A stretch of 63,368 bases of DNA, counting the filler, from Octopus bimaculoides (lineage: Eukaryota), in NCBI RefSeq assembly GCF_001194135.2. It is 5 parts of 5 records of this genome, joined end to end, with 100 filler letters (N's around TTAATTAATTAA, not from the genome) between each part and the next. Parts side by side here need not be neighbours in the genome. Positions count along the whole stretch, not along the records: positions 15,713 to 45,109 come from NC_069000.1; 4 more parts are not named here. The stretch is one strand, 5' to 3'. Below the pieces are notes generated by a model. The model searched no databases. It saw nothing but the letters and a program-made list of their open reading frames with translations, and was not told the DNA's origin. The number at the start of each line of letters is the position of its first letter. The stretch's first letter is position 1. Positions 26,090 through 37,513 of the stretch are shown one piece after another. The position numbers and the translations under genes are program-made.

Positions 26090-26545
26090 TATTTATTACC
26101 CAAAGCATGATATACGATAAAAGGATTTAAATTGGTCTTTATGAATTTAATTGTTAATACGCTAAATATTAACAGAATTAAGCTTTTGCTTATTCTTGCT
26201 AGTTTGTTTAGCGTCCAAGTCAACGTATAAAAATTTATTATTACTGAAACAGATTAAGTATTGATATCTATTACCTAACTTTTCTTTTTTTGCATTTAAC
26301 TCTCTTTCACGTATTAATGCTTCTGTAATATTTTCTTCTAAAATATTTATTGCTTTTGTGTGTTGTACACTTTCTAGTTCATTACTCCCTAATTCTTTGT
26401 ATTTCTGTATTTGATCTAATTTTGTTATCTCAGTATCTTTGTCTAGCGTAATATTTTTGCTCTTAAGTAATGTTCTTTCCTTCAAGGTTATTCTAACGCA
26501 TTTTTCTTATCTAGTATCAGTTTCTCCAGAAAATCCGTGTATTAT
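26090..26545 (-). pseudogene. Dong/R4-clade reverse transcriptase C-terminal fragment
   Basis: ORF 26162-26485: NITLDKDTEITKLDQIQKYKELGSNELESVQHTK...RELNAKK resembles the 'YKYLG...ELNAKNK' region of R4/Dong RTs. Confidence 0.6.
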
Positions 26546-26577
26546 CGGCAGCAGTGTTTCTATTTATTTATCATAAG

Positions 26578-26943
26578 GCAGACAGTTGGCAAACACCTTA
26601 GCACGCCGGGCAAAATGCTTGGCAGCATTTCGTCCATCTTTACTTCCTGAGTTCAATTTTTGGCACATCCGAGAGGTTGAAAGGCAAAATCGACCTCTGC
26701 AGTAAAATGACAACAATAATAATAATAATAATCCTTTCTACTATAGGCACAAAGCCTGAAATTTGGGGGAAGAGAAAGTCCATTACATCGACCCCAGTAC
26801 TTGATTGGTACTTAATTTATTGACGCCGACAGGATGAAAGGCAAAGTCGACTTCGGCGGAATTTGAACTCAGAACTTAAGGACGGTCGAAATACCACTAA
26901 GCATTTTGCCCGGCGTGCTAACGATTCTGTCAGCTCGCCACCT
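26578..26943. mobile_element. Inverted pair of SINE family 2 copies (+ head 26578-26690; - full copy 26732-26943)
   Basis: Both match the 54927 element, in opposite orientations. Confidence 0.75.
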
Positions 26944-27009
26944 TAGATGATGATGTTCATAATGATAATAATAATAATAATAATAATGATGATGATGATG
27001 ATGATGATG

Positions 27010-27217
27010 ATGACAGCAAATACATAACAAAAAACACCAAGACTAACAAGTATATAACATACAGAAAATAGTCCTACTAGGTACCGCACATATCCTACGT
27101 AAAACACTTTCAATACATTAAAAATAAGAGCATCACAACAAACCATAGCACATACCCAAGGCACACAGAGCTGCGCTCGATAGTGCACTGAAAACACGTG
27201 ATAAAAATAAGACTCTG

Positions 27218-27218
<1 letters not shown>
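27010..27218 (+). mobile_element. Dong/R4-clade LINE 3' end (lineage A)
   Basis: NIQKIVLLGTAHILRKTLSIH* plus the shared 3' UTR, followed by (TAA)n at 27219-27300. Confidence 0.82.
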
Positions 27219-27301
<83 letters not shown>

Positions 27302-28499
27302 CTTCATCGAAGTTAACTTTGCCTTTCGTCTTTCTGAAGTCGATAAAATAAAATACTAGTCATGTACTGAAGATCGATGTAATCGACTAACCACCTTATG
27401 CCAAGAGTAGAAAAAAATATATGATTAGATCGACTCCAATAGATCGACTCAGGCAATAGGAGAACAAACCATGTTAAAATCGTAGTATGGAATACCGACA
27501 AGCATTTAACATCTTGCCTTGAAGTTTGCCTCCAAGCAATCGAGGAGTATCAAATCGCTATCAAGTATTTTCTATACAAAAGACAGAAGGCAAGTTTACA
27601 GTTAATGTAAGTTATGTCTGTATAACCAAAACTAAAGACATTGGTTGTAATAGTTTATCCTCTAGAAGCTTCCTTCTCAAAAGGTATAATGTGGTAGGCA
27701 GAACAATCTGGAATAGAGTGAGAAAAGAAAAAAAAAACAAATGACAATATAAAGATTGTTGAATTAAAAGAATAAAAGTATCATCTAAGCAATGAAATTA
27801 AAACTCGGACACCACCGACGTGATATTATAGTTTGAAACTCCAGAATAGAAATGTCCTCTGTTGTGTCAGTCAGTCGCCCACTTGATATCAATGTAGTGA
27901 GGAAAATACAATAAGACTATCACTATGGGTTGCTTTCAGCTTGTAGCTATAATTATAACAGCAACACAGAGATCATTCGTATATGAATTACGGATCCATG
28001 TACTTTCTTCAAGAATCCAAGTTCCAGTTGTGCTGGCACATACTCTGTTGCTGTTATAGCTACAAGACCGTCATGAAAGTTAACAGATGAATGACTGCGT
28101 GAATGACCTTTTAATTTTCTTTGTTTTTCTTCATAGCCTTGCTTCCGAGAAGGTGGCCAGTCAAAATAACTTCAAACCTCATCAAGAAGATAAGATAATA
28201 TCCATCCATCCATCTATCTACCTATCCATTCATTCATTCAATCAATCAACTATACTTAAGGACATATGTGTGTATGTTTGTGTCTGGGTAAAGAGGGGTA
28301 GGATAAAGAAGTAAACAGGGTCTGATAATGAGAAAAGTGTGAGCTGTAGTTGATATTTCAAGTGCATAAAGGTTTCAAACAAATTAGTTTAATTTAATTG
28401 ATATATCTGCACTTGCCATGGGCGTAGGGTAGATGAAATTGAAGCGGATTTTAAATAAAATTTTAGTTAGGTAAAGCACTATGATAGCTATAGCCATAA

Positions 28500-28945
28500 T
28501 CCTTTCTGCTGTAGGCACAAAGCCTGATATCTTGCAGGAAGAGACTAGTTAATTACATTAACCCCAGTACTCAACTGCTATTTATTTTATCAACCCCGAA
28601 AAGATAAAAGGCGAAGTTGACCTCGGCAGAATTTGAACTCGAACGTAAAAACGGACGAAATGCCACCAATTATTTTACCTGGTCTGCTAACGATTCTGCC
28701 GGCTCGCCGCTGTAGTAGCTATAACAATAATTGTTTCTACTATAACCACAAGATTTGAAAGTTTAAAAGAGGGAGTGGCTAATCGATTACATCGACCCCA
28801 GTGCACGGCTGGTTTTTATTTCATCGACCCCGAAAGGATGAAAGGTAAAGTCGATCTCGGCGAAATTTGAACTCAGGACGTAAAGATGAGCGAAGTGCTT
28901 AGCAGCATTTCGTCCTCCGTGCTAATGATTCTGCCAGCTCGTCGC
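28500..28945 (-). mobile_element. Tandem pair of SINE family 2 copies
   Basis: Two successive minus-strand copies (about 28500-28710 and 28735-28945). Confidence 0.72.
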
Positions 28946-29601
28946 ATTAAAAAGTACTAAAAGTACGGAAGTATTTCGTTGAATCTATCAACATTGACCC
29001 AAACCTAATGACCCTTATTTTTACAAAATATTTCATTGTTATTCTCTTGGCCGATTTGCTCTGATTATTTGTCGGCGTTTAAAGGTTTATTAGTGACCTT
29101 GCTACGTCATTAATTTAACGTGANNNNNNNNNNNNNNNNNNNNNNNNNNNNNNNNNNNNNNNNNNNNNNNNNNNNNNNNNNNNNNNNNNNNNNNNNNNNN
29201 NNNNNNNNNNNNNNNNNNNNNNNNNNNNNNNNNNNNNNNNNNNNNNNNNNNNNNNNNNNNNNNNNNNNNNNNNNNNNNNNNNNNNNNNNNNNNNNNNNNN
29301 NNNNNNNNNNNNNNNNNNNNNNNNNNNNNNNNNNNNNNNNNNNNNNNNNNNNNNNNNNNNNNNNNNNNNNNNNNNNNNNNNNNNNNNNNNNNNNNNNNNN
29401 NNNNNNNNNNNNNNNNNNNNNNNNNNNNNNNNNNNNNNNNNNNNNNNNNNNNNNNNNNNNNNNNNNNNNNNNNNNNNNNNNNNNNNNNNNNNNNNNNNNN
29501 NNNNNNNNNNNNNNNNNNNNNNNNNNNNNNNNNNNNNNNNNNNNNNNNNNNNNNNNNNNNNNNNNNNNNNNNNNNNNNNNNNNNNNNNNNNNNNNNNNNN
29601 N

Positions 29602-29737
29602 GTTACATGGTTAAAGTATATATTTAAATTATGTCAGAAAAATGTTAGAAAAATGTTAGAAAAATGTTATAACATTTTTCCAACATTTTTCTAACATTTT
29701 TCTGACATAATTTAAATATATACTTTAACCATGTAAC
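29602..29737. repeat. 136-bp palindrome, 1 mismatch, with internal 11-bp tandem repeats
   Basis: 68-bp arms, centre GTTA|TAAC at 29669/29670; AGAAAAATGTT x3 per arm; starts at a gap edge. Confidence 0.95.
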
Positions 29738-31424
29738 ACAAGCCTTCTGTAGTTTTTTCACTCTTATTATCTTTTATATATATATATATATATATATTTA
29801 CAAACTAAATGCAGGAGGAAAGGAAGAACTCCGTTGAATCAGTTTAATTAGAACTATTACAGCGTAGGAGACACAAATAACCATTCAAAAGCACACCTTC
29901 ACTTTAACCTTTGCCTGTTCAGAGTATCACGTGATACATAGGACATATTTCTCCCTGGTATCCATGCATCATCTATTATGTACATTCCCATGTTTTTTCA
30001 ACCACCAGGGTAACTAGCTTCCATAGATGATGTCATGGAGAATAATGACGGTGATATTCAGCATGAGATTCAGCATGACACAAACAGAAATACACACACG
30101 CACGCACATATACATATACGATAGGCTTCACATAGTTTCCATCGACAAAATTCACTTGCAAGGCATTGGTCACCTTATGGTTATAGTAGAAGACATTTGC
30201 CTAAAGTGCCGCGCAGTGGGACTGAAACCCAAAACCACGTATGTAAGAAATTTCAGTTACACACACACACACACACAAATTTATTGAAACTGAAGTCTTC
30301 ACACCACTGCAATTATAGATGACCTGAACTTTTGTTGGTGGGGTTGTGAGAGGGGGTGTACCAAGCTAATTTTATACGCATCCGAACAGGTTCCATACTT
30401 TTGTGTCGCCATCGCTGTCATTGGCCAGTTTCTAAATGTTATTCCATCAAATTGTCTTTGGTTATTTCGTTATTCATTGGTTAATTTTCTCTTCATTCGT
30501 TTTGTGATTCACGTCTTTTGATCCATTGTCAGCTTTTCAGCCTCCTGTCTCTCTATCGATTACGTAATCATATATCCTGCAAATGATATCGATGGCACAC
30601 GCAACACACACACACGCACACACACTGTTTCATATATTACAAATTCGGTGTTTGCTGTGTTGCTTTCGATTGGTTGCTTTCGTTATTTATTTATATCCGG
30701 GTGATAATTTATGTTTCTTCATCATTATCATTGTCTTTTTGCATTAGACCTTTTCTTGTCCTCCTTCTTATTCTATCACATTTAATATTACTAAAAATAT
30801 TGCTATTATATCTTTCATGCATCTATTTTCACCAAAATTCAATTCTGTCTACAGAACGTCCGTTTAAAATGATGTTTAAAAATGTTTTTCACAAACTCGG
30901 TGAAAAGATGGAAGACGATCATTTCATATTTGACGTCGCTAAATTATTTTTTCTCAAGTTCAACTTGTTGGTTACTTATTTTGTTTGGTGCACCGTTGCG
31001 GTTGGTGTTATTGTCGTGCCTCCACTGCTATTTCTATTGTAGAAACGTCATCAGACATCTATCCTGTCTGCAATTTCACTCCGTATTTTTCTCTTCTCTT
31101 TAAAAAAAAAAAAATCAATTTTTATTCTGCAAGAATGTGTGAGATGGTAATTCTTTGTTCCGTGTTGTTTTGAGAATATAAATTAGACAAGTGGTTGTTA
31201 TTTTTTTGTTCGGTTTTGAGATGGTTATAAATCTACCTGGTACGCAGGTACTCGCATATCAGGGTTGGCAACAAGGGGTGGCGGCAACATGTCTGCCACT
31301 GAGATGCATGCCTTCCCTAAGCCTCGGGCTGTTTCTAAATAATCTTTCAGATATAAAGTAATCGACAAATACCACCCCACTAAAATTACTGGCGTTGTGC
31401 TAAAACTTGAAACCCTTATTTAAG

Positions 31425-31860
31425 GGGGCGAGCGAGCAGAATCGCTGGCGCGTCGGAAAAATGGTTAGAGGTAGTTCTTCCTGCTTTTTACGTTCTGCGA
31501 CTAAATTTCGCCGAGGTCAACTTTGCCTTTTAAATTTTCGAAGTCGATAAAATATAGTACCAGTCTATTATTGAAGGGTCGATGAAATCAACTCGGCCCC
31601 TCCCATCAAAGCTGCTGATCTTGTGCCAAAAGGTGAAACAATTATCAAGAAGCGGCGAGAGAACAGAATCCGTTAGTGCGTGGAAAAAAAGGCTTTACAG
31701 TATTCCGGCTCTTGACGTTCTGAGTTCATATCCCGCAGTGGTCAACTGTATCTTTCATTACTCTGGAGCCGATAAAACAAGGTACCAGCTAAGAACTAGG
31801 GTCGATTTAATCCACTACCCTCCCCACACTTCCTTCTAAATTTCTGGTCTTGTGCCTCAA
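31425..31860 (+). mobile_element. Tandem pair of diverged SINE family 2 copies
   Basis: About 31425-31640 and 31660-31860. Further partial copies at about 32510-32630(+) and 34813-34948(-). Confidence 0.65.
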
Positions 31861-32052
31861 TTAGAATCCATTGTTAATTATTCAGCGGAGGAGAAGAAGA
31901 GGACGTGTTTTTTGTAGAGCCTCTCTGATGCTGGTGAGATCAATGCAGTTTGTATCCAGTTCGAACTTTTGAAGATGGACGCCTGCAGAAGAAATGGTGT
32001 CAAGTTGGATATCCTTCAAAGCTGCAATTCTTACTAGGAACTATGGGGTAAA

Positions 32053-32241
32053 TAATAGCGTAGCTAGGGGTTGGGGGTGAGGGCGAAAGAGCGTCCTCTT
32101 CGGGCGACGCTTTTACAAGGTGGGCGATGCTTTTACGGGGCAATTTTGGTTCTGCTGTATAATCCTGTATTGTCTATATTGCTCCTGCGAGCGGAGGAAC
32201 TTAAGAGCTGCCCCGGGCGTCACATTTTAGCCATGTCACTG
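32053..32241. mobile_element. Degenerate hAT-like MITE
   Basis: TAATAGCGTAGCTAG ... TTAGCCATGTCACTG resemble decayed CAGTGGCGTAGCTAG TIRs; TSD not established. Confidence 0.35.
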
Positions 32242-32678
32242 GGATAAGGTGTTTAGTCGATTCCTTGAAAGTGAAATACACTAAAAAGTAGAGGGATATG
32301 GAAGAGTGACTTTAAACCGAAGAAACCAGAAACTGTTATTATTCCAATAATAATTGTTGAGTGAAAGCAAGGGTGAATATATGTAAAAGTAATAACCATT
32401 GTTCACAAAAAAAGTTGGTAGAGGAAAGATTTATGAGGTGGGTTTAAAAAGTATAAGATTTAATTTTTTCCTCCACCAAAACTAATGCCGCGTGGACAAA
32501 ATCCTTTGAGTGGGATGTGACGCAATCCTTCCTGCGGTCGATAAATTAAGTACCAGTTGCATACTGGGGTCGATCTAATTGAGTGGGTCCCTCCTCAAAA
32601 ATTTCGGGCCTTGTGCCTAGAGTAGAAAAGGATATTCACCGCGAAACCAACGGTAACTTACAGACCAGTTATATAACA

Positions 32679-32769
32679 CTAGCAGAAATACCCGGCGTTG
32701 CCCGGGTTAAAGAGAATAATGAAATCTAAAAACGCCGTCTAGACTACGCATCATCTTTATATATAGAGA
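32679..32769 (-). mobile_element. 91-bp mini-Helitron with both termini
   Basis: Minus strand reads A|TCTCTATATATAAAG ... CCCGGGCAACGCCGGG-TATTTCTG-CTAG|T: 5' TC, subterminal hairpin, 3' CTAG, AT target. Confidence 0.8.
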
Positions 32770-32888
32770 TGTATATACACACACGCACCCAGACACACGT
32801 ATATATATGTATATCAATATAAATATATGAAAGTCAATGAAGTTTCGTAAAAGAAGGTGATCATGTACATACTTTCTTGCTGTTGTGA

Positions 32889-33058
32889 TTATAACACCTC
32901 ATTGTAAACTATGTTCCTTGTTTTCCCTTGTGGAGCATATACAAATAGGTTTTTTGTTGCTGCCCACTCTTGAGCAGCCAACATACAGTTGTCCATGTGA
33001 GAAGCAGGGCTCTTCCAAGAGAAGACCAGCTACAGACAGTGTTTGACCCTGATATTTG
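32889..33058 (-). pseudogene. Helitron RepHel Pif1-family helicase C-terminus
   Basis: KYQGQTLSVAGLLLEEPCFSHGQLYVGCSRVGSNK, a 1-nt frameshift in an A-run, then NLFVYAPQGKTRNIVYNEVL*. Matches Pif1 motifs (KSQGQTL, FSHGQLYVACSRV). Confidence 0.9.
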
Positions 33059-34078
33059 NNNNNNNNNNNNNNNNNNNNNNNNNNNNNNNNNNNNNNNNNN
33101 NNNNNNNNNNNNNNNNNNNNNNNNNNNNNNNNNNNNNNNNNNNNNNNNNNNNNNNNNNNNNNNNNNNNNNNNNNNNNNNNNNNNNNNNNNNNNNNNNNNN
33201 NNNNNNNNNNNNNNNNNNNNNNNNNNNNNNNNNNNNNNNNNNNNNNNNNNNNNNNNNNNNNNNNNNNNNNNNNNNNNNNNNNNNNNNNNNNNNNNNNNNN
33301 NNNNNNNNNNNNNNNNNNNNNNNNNNNNNNNNNNNNNNNNNNNNNNNNNNNNNNNNNNNNNNNNNNNNNNNNNNNNNNNNNNNNNNNNNNNNNNNNNNNN
33401 NNNNNNNNNNNNNNNNNNNNNNNNNNNNNNNNNNNNNNNNNNNNNNNNNNNNNNNNNNNNNNNNNNNNNNNNNNNNNNNNNNNNNNNNNNNNNNNNNNNN
33501 NNNNNNNNNNNNNNNNNNNNNNNNNNNNNNNNNNNNNNNNNNNNNNNNNNNNNNNNNNNNNNNNNNNNNNNNNNNNNNNNNNNNNNNNNNNNNNNNNNNN
33601 NNNNNNNNNNNNNNNNNNNNNNNNNNNNNNNNNNNNNNNNNNNNNNNNNNNNNNNNNNNNNNNNNNNNNNNNNNNNNNNNNNNNNNNNNNNNNNNNNNNN
33701 NNNNNNNNNNNNNNNNNNNNNNNNNNNNNNNNNNNNNNNNNNNNNNNNNNNNNNNNNNNNNNNNNNNNNNNNNNNNNNNNNNNNNNNNNNNNNNNNNNNN
33801 NNNNNNNNNNNNNNNNNNNNNNNNNNNNNNNNNNNNNNNNNTGTTTCAGTTAGTGGAATAGTTTCATTTTTAAAGTGAAAGTATTTGACATGAGTGTTTT
33901 TGTTTCACTTTTGACACGTAATACTTAAATAGTGGAGGAGATATTATGTTGCCGTGTGCTCGAACTCTGCAAGAAGTTAATAATTTTTTTTGACTAAAAC
34001 ACAACTGGAACCCTAAGTAAGGCATGTGTAAAATTTGAATGAAATTGGTTGCGTAGTTCTCGAGTTTTAGGGATTCAC

Positions 34079-34121
<43 letters not shown>

Positions 34122-35753
34122 CACATTCTCATTTTTATATATATAGATAACAAGTAAAATATTGTTTGATGATATAAAAATATACGTATTCTGTATCTTA
34201 TATGGAAAGTGTTTTTTCTAACTTATGGACAGCTAACAGATTACCTACACACACACACACACACGTTTCTAAAATGCAATTAGGAAATAAAGAATTGCAA
34301 TTAACCTCGCTAACAAGAAATGAACCAGACAATTTCTAAACGACCACCACCGACAACACCACCCTAACACAAAATTTCAAAAATATATTCAAAAATATTT
34401 TTGTCAAGTTTTAATAGATTATTGTCAACGTCTCAAGAACAGCTGCAACTCTTCTCAAATTTAAAGATAACACTGAAACAAAAAAATATGTTTAAATCAC
34501 ACTGTTAGGTATTTGGGTGGAAGTGGGGGGGGGGAGTCTTGTTTAACTATAACAACCCTTCCACATGATTGAATAAGTAACATGCAACAACGGGTATACC
34601 TCAACGTACGTTGGTAGTAGGTTCCAAGATACGTGACGTGACACAAAAATTACGTAACGCGAAAAGACAATTTAAAAAAGAATGTTAAGTTATAACTAAA
34701 TTCATTAACTTTTAGGTGGATGTGTGAGAAGAAGTTTGCTTCCCAACTACAGGGTTCTGGGTTCACCCACACAACGCAGCACCTTAGACAAGTGTTTTCT
34801 ACTGCAGCCTCGTACTTATTTTATCGACCTCAAAAGGATAAAAGGTAAAGTCGACCTCGGTGGAATTTGAACTCAGAACGTAAAGACAGACGAAATACCG
34901 CTAAACATTTTGCCCGGCGTGCTAACGATTCTGTCGGCTCGTCGCCTTTGAATAGTTTAATACTGAAGTGTAGCCAGAGAATTGTGTAAAAAAAATTACA
35001 GTAAGTTGAATTTTTCCAACGAACGAATAAAGCATTTCGGAAATGAAACTCAACAGGCTTTGACTAAGAATTAATATTGTGACATGTTCTTAACACTCAT
35101 TATGTGATCAATATGACCCAAAGGATTTATCGAAGTAATAATCAGCAACTGATAATTATAAGCTTATGATTTTAATATTATCACATTATTATAAGATCGA
35201 TGTTTTCTCCCGAAAACAAATCATCAAGAAGTGTTGGCTTAATTGTTATTTGCTAATTATGAAACATCCGCTAGATATTGAGATGATTTTTTTATAAATT
35301 GAGAATTTATGCTGTATGATGTTTGATATACCTGTATTTGGCCACATTGGCCAGTCTGAGTTATTTTAAATTACCTTGGCCATAAATGAGTTCTACACTT
35401 TTTTTCGAATGAGTCTAAATCCCATGACTACTAGAGATAGGTCGGATGATTGTCGAGCCGATGACGCTTATTGAAACAGAAATACGCGTCCACGATTGTC
35501 TTCTAATCACCAGATAACAAGCCTGTCTTTTTCCTTTATGGCATGTCAGCTTTTGAGAAATCCTTGAGTCTAGAGATTATCTCTCCTTCTCGAGTGGAAC
35601 TGGTCTTAATTGTCATTCAGTATTTATGGTGTATCCTCTAGAAGCGGAAATAATTTTTAAAGTTGAAGAATTTATATTGTTGCTATTTAATACATCTATT
35701 TGTCTGTGTTACCCAACGACCCAGGATACATATATTTAATTAGCATCACAATA

Positions 35754-35909
35754 CAGTCGTGACTAAAAGTTTGGAACATTTTTTCAAAAATTAAAATTGT
35801 TATGCTCAAAGTACAATTCAATTCAAATATATACAACGTATATATATGGGCATTTAATATAAAAATTCTAATTTTAAGACCTATGGTCCAAACTTTTTGG
35901 CCACGACGG
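35754..35909. mobile_element. 156-bp Tc1-like MITE
   Basis: TA|CAGTCGTGACTAAAAGTTTGGA ... TCCAAACTTTTTGGCCACGACGG|TA: imperfect TIRs of about 22 bp, TA TSD. Confidence 0.75.
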
Positions 35910-36559
35910 TATATGGATGTTCTAATTAACCTTTAAAATTTAAATACTTAAAATGATCTCTACTTTTTAGTTGCATCAAAACTATTAATCTGGCATTAAA
36001 ATATTCCCCTTAAGTCGTAATTTGCAATTAGAAACTCACTTATTCCATCGAAGGACGTAAAGACTATTCGGTAGGTGACACTAAGAGACAAGATAGTGTG
36101 AACCATTTAATAGTTTAAACGAGTCTTTTCAATCAACATGTTAACATAATACGTTTGTTAAATACGCGATCACGTTTGCTGTATAGGATGTGTATTAAAT
36201 ATTATACAATTGTTTGCTGCCATAGCAGAGTTCTGAATCTATTAATGATAGTGATGATAACAACCCAAACGATTGCCCCAATTACAATCATAAGTAGAAC
36301 AGTATTACGAGTATAATAATGACCATAATGTTAGCGAGCTTAGAACTAACACAATAACAACAATTTATTATTACACCAACAACAATGAGCTTATTGTATA
36401 CAATGCCCATGTTTACTACAGCTCGTTGGAAAAGGGTAAAAAAACGGGACAAAAAAGAATCAACAATGATAGCCAAAGTAAACAGGTTAAAACCCGAAAC
36501 GGAAAAATGAATGGCAAAAAAGCTACAAAGAGGAAAGGGTGCGTAGGCACTCAAGGGCA

Positions 36560-37130
36560 GTGCAAATTTAGGGAAGCATGGAACTTTGTAAGGATACAGT
36601 ATCCTGACAGCCAACAACTAACATGGTTAGTTTATTTTATTTTATGAGCATGGTCACGAATGGTGGTAGAGGTGTTGAATTCAAAAAGGTGATCAAAATT
36701 ATTGATAGAAAGCTGGGGGATACTTTCACAGGCTTCTTCCAAGCCAGATGTTTGATATCGAAGCCTTAGTGTGTTGATTACCAGAGAAACAAGACTTTCA
36801 AGTTATGGTCAGAGAATGACGGGAGGGCATTCGTCTAGCGGCTTGTTTCTGGACAGCTTCCAGCAATCGGTATATTGGAAAAGATTGGGGGTTCTGGATT
36901 GACGATGCAAAGTCTACGTGTGACCGTACCTTAGCCATGCATATTTTTTAATAGATAGCCGGTGAGTGGTTGATAAAAGTCTTATCGAGTAATACTTTCG
37001 GTCTTTTTCGACGATTTTAGACATATAGCTTGCCAGTCAGAAGTCCATTGCTGCCAGATAAGATTGCTTGAAAGCTCTATAGTGTTATAGGATTCGTTCT
37101 TTTTGTCTCAAGCTACAGAATAATATTGTG
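36560..37130 (-). pseudogene. Degenerate CR1-like LINE RT C-terminal fragment
   Basis: AKVRSHVDFASSIQNPQ...LLEAVQKQAARRMPS resembles CR1 'VRPHLEYASSVWNP...LEAVQRRATK'; later TIRDHAHKIK (cf. TRGHxYKL). Confidence 0.65.
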
Positions 37131-37189
37131 TGCATATTTTAATACAATAGACTATTTCAAGATTTCCCTCTCCTCAGGGACATATAGAG

Positions 37190-37240
<51 letters not shown>

Positions 37241-37305
37241 CGACAGAGACAGACAGACAGACAGACAGACAGAATGAGGAAGGAAGAGAACGAGAGAAAC
37301 ATTAA

Positions 37306-37513
37306 CTCTTTAGCATTCAGATTTCTTTGTCAAATATAATGCTAATTTATTTACATGGTTTTGAATTAATCGTAGCTTTGAGATTTCAGTCATGTGATTA
37401 TGTATTTTTAGAATGACATTGTAGGGTAGGTGTAAGGAGTTGGATCAGGTCAGTTTGAACATAAAACAGGTCGAATATATGGGCCGGATATGGCTGGATT
37501 AAATGCTAAAGGG
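37306..37513. mobile_element. 208-bp piggyBac-like MITE
   Basis: TTAA (37302-37305), CTCTTTAGCATT ... AATGCTAAAGGG, TTAA (37514-37517): 12-bp TIRs with 1 mismatch and TTAA TSD. Confidence 0.85.

Larger units (their letters stand above)
32679..34147 (-). mobile_element. Non-autonomous Helitron (internally deleted, spans an N gap)
   Basis: Minus strand: 5' A|TCTATATATATAAAA at 34147, internal (GTCT)n, Pif1 helicase remnant at 33058-32889, 3' hairpin CCCGGGCAACGCCGGG (32706-32691), then CTAG|T at 32682-32679. Linkage across the gap at 33059-33841 is assumed. Confidence 0.72.

Noticed and set aside
27560-27950. Faint APE-like motifs on the minus strand (GYTD, VGD); also faint RTE-like (1010-1260) and CR1-like DFSKA (35330-35600) traces
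   Set aside because: Too degenerate to call without a profile search; TBLASTX or an HMM against LINE ORF2 libraries would decide.
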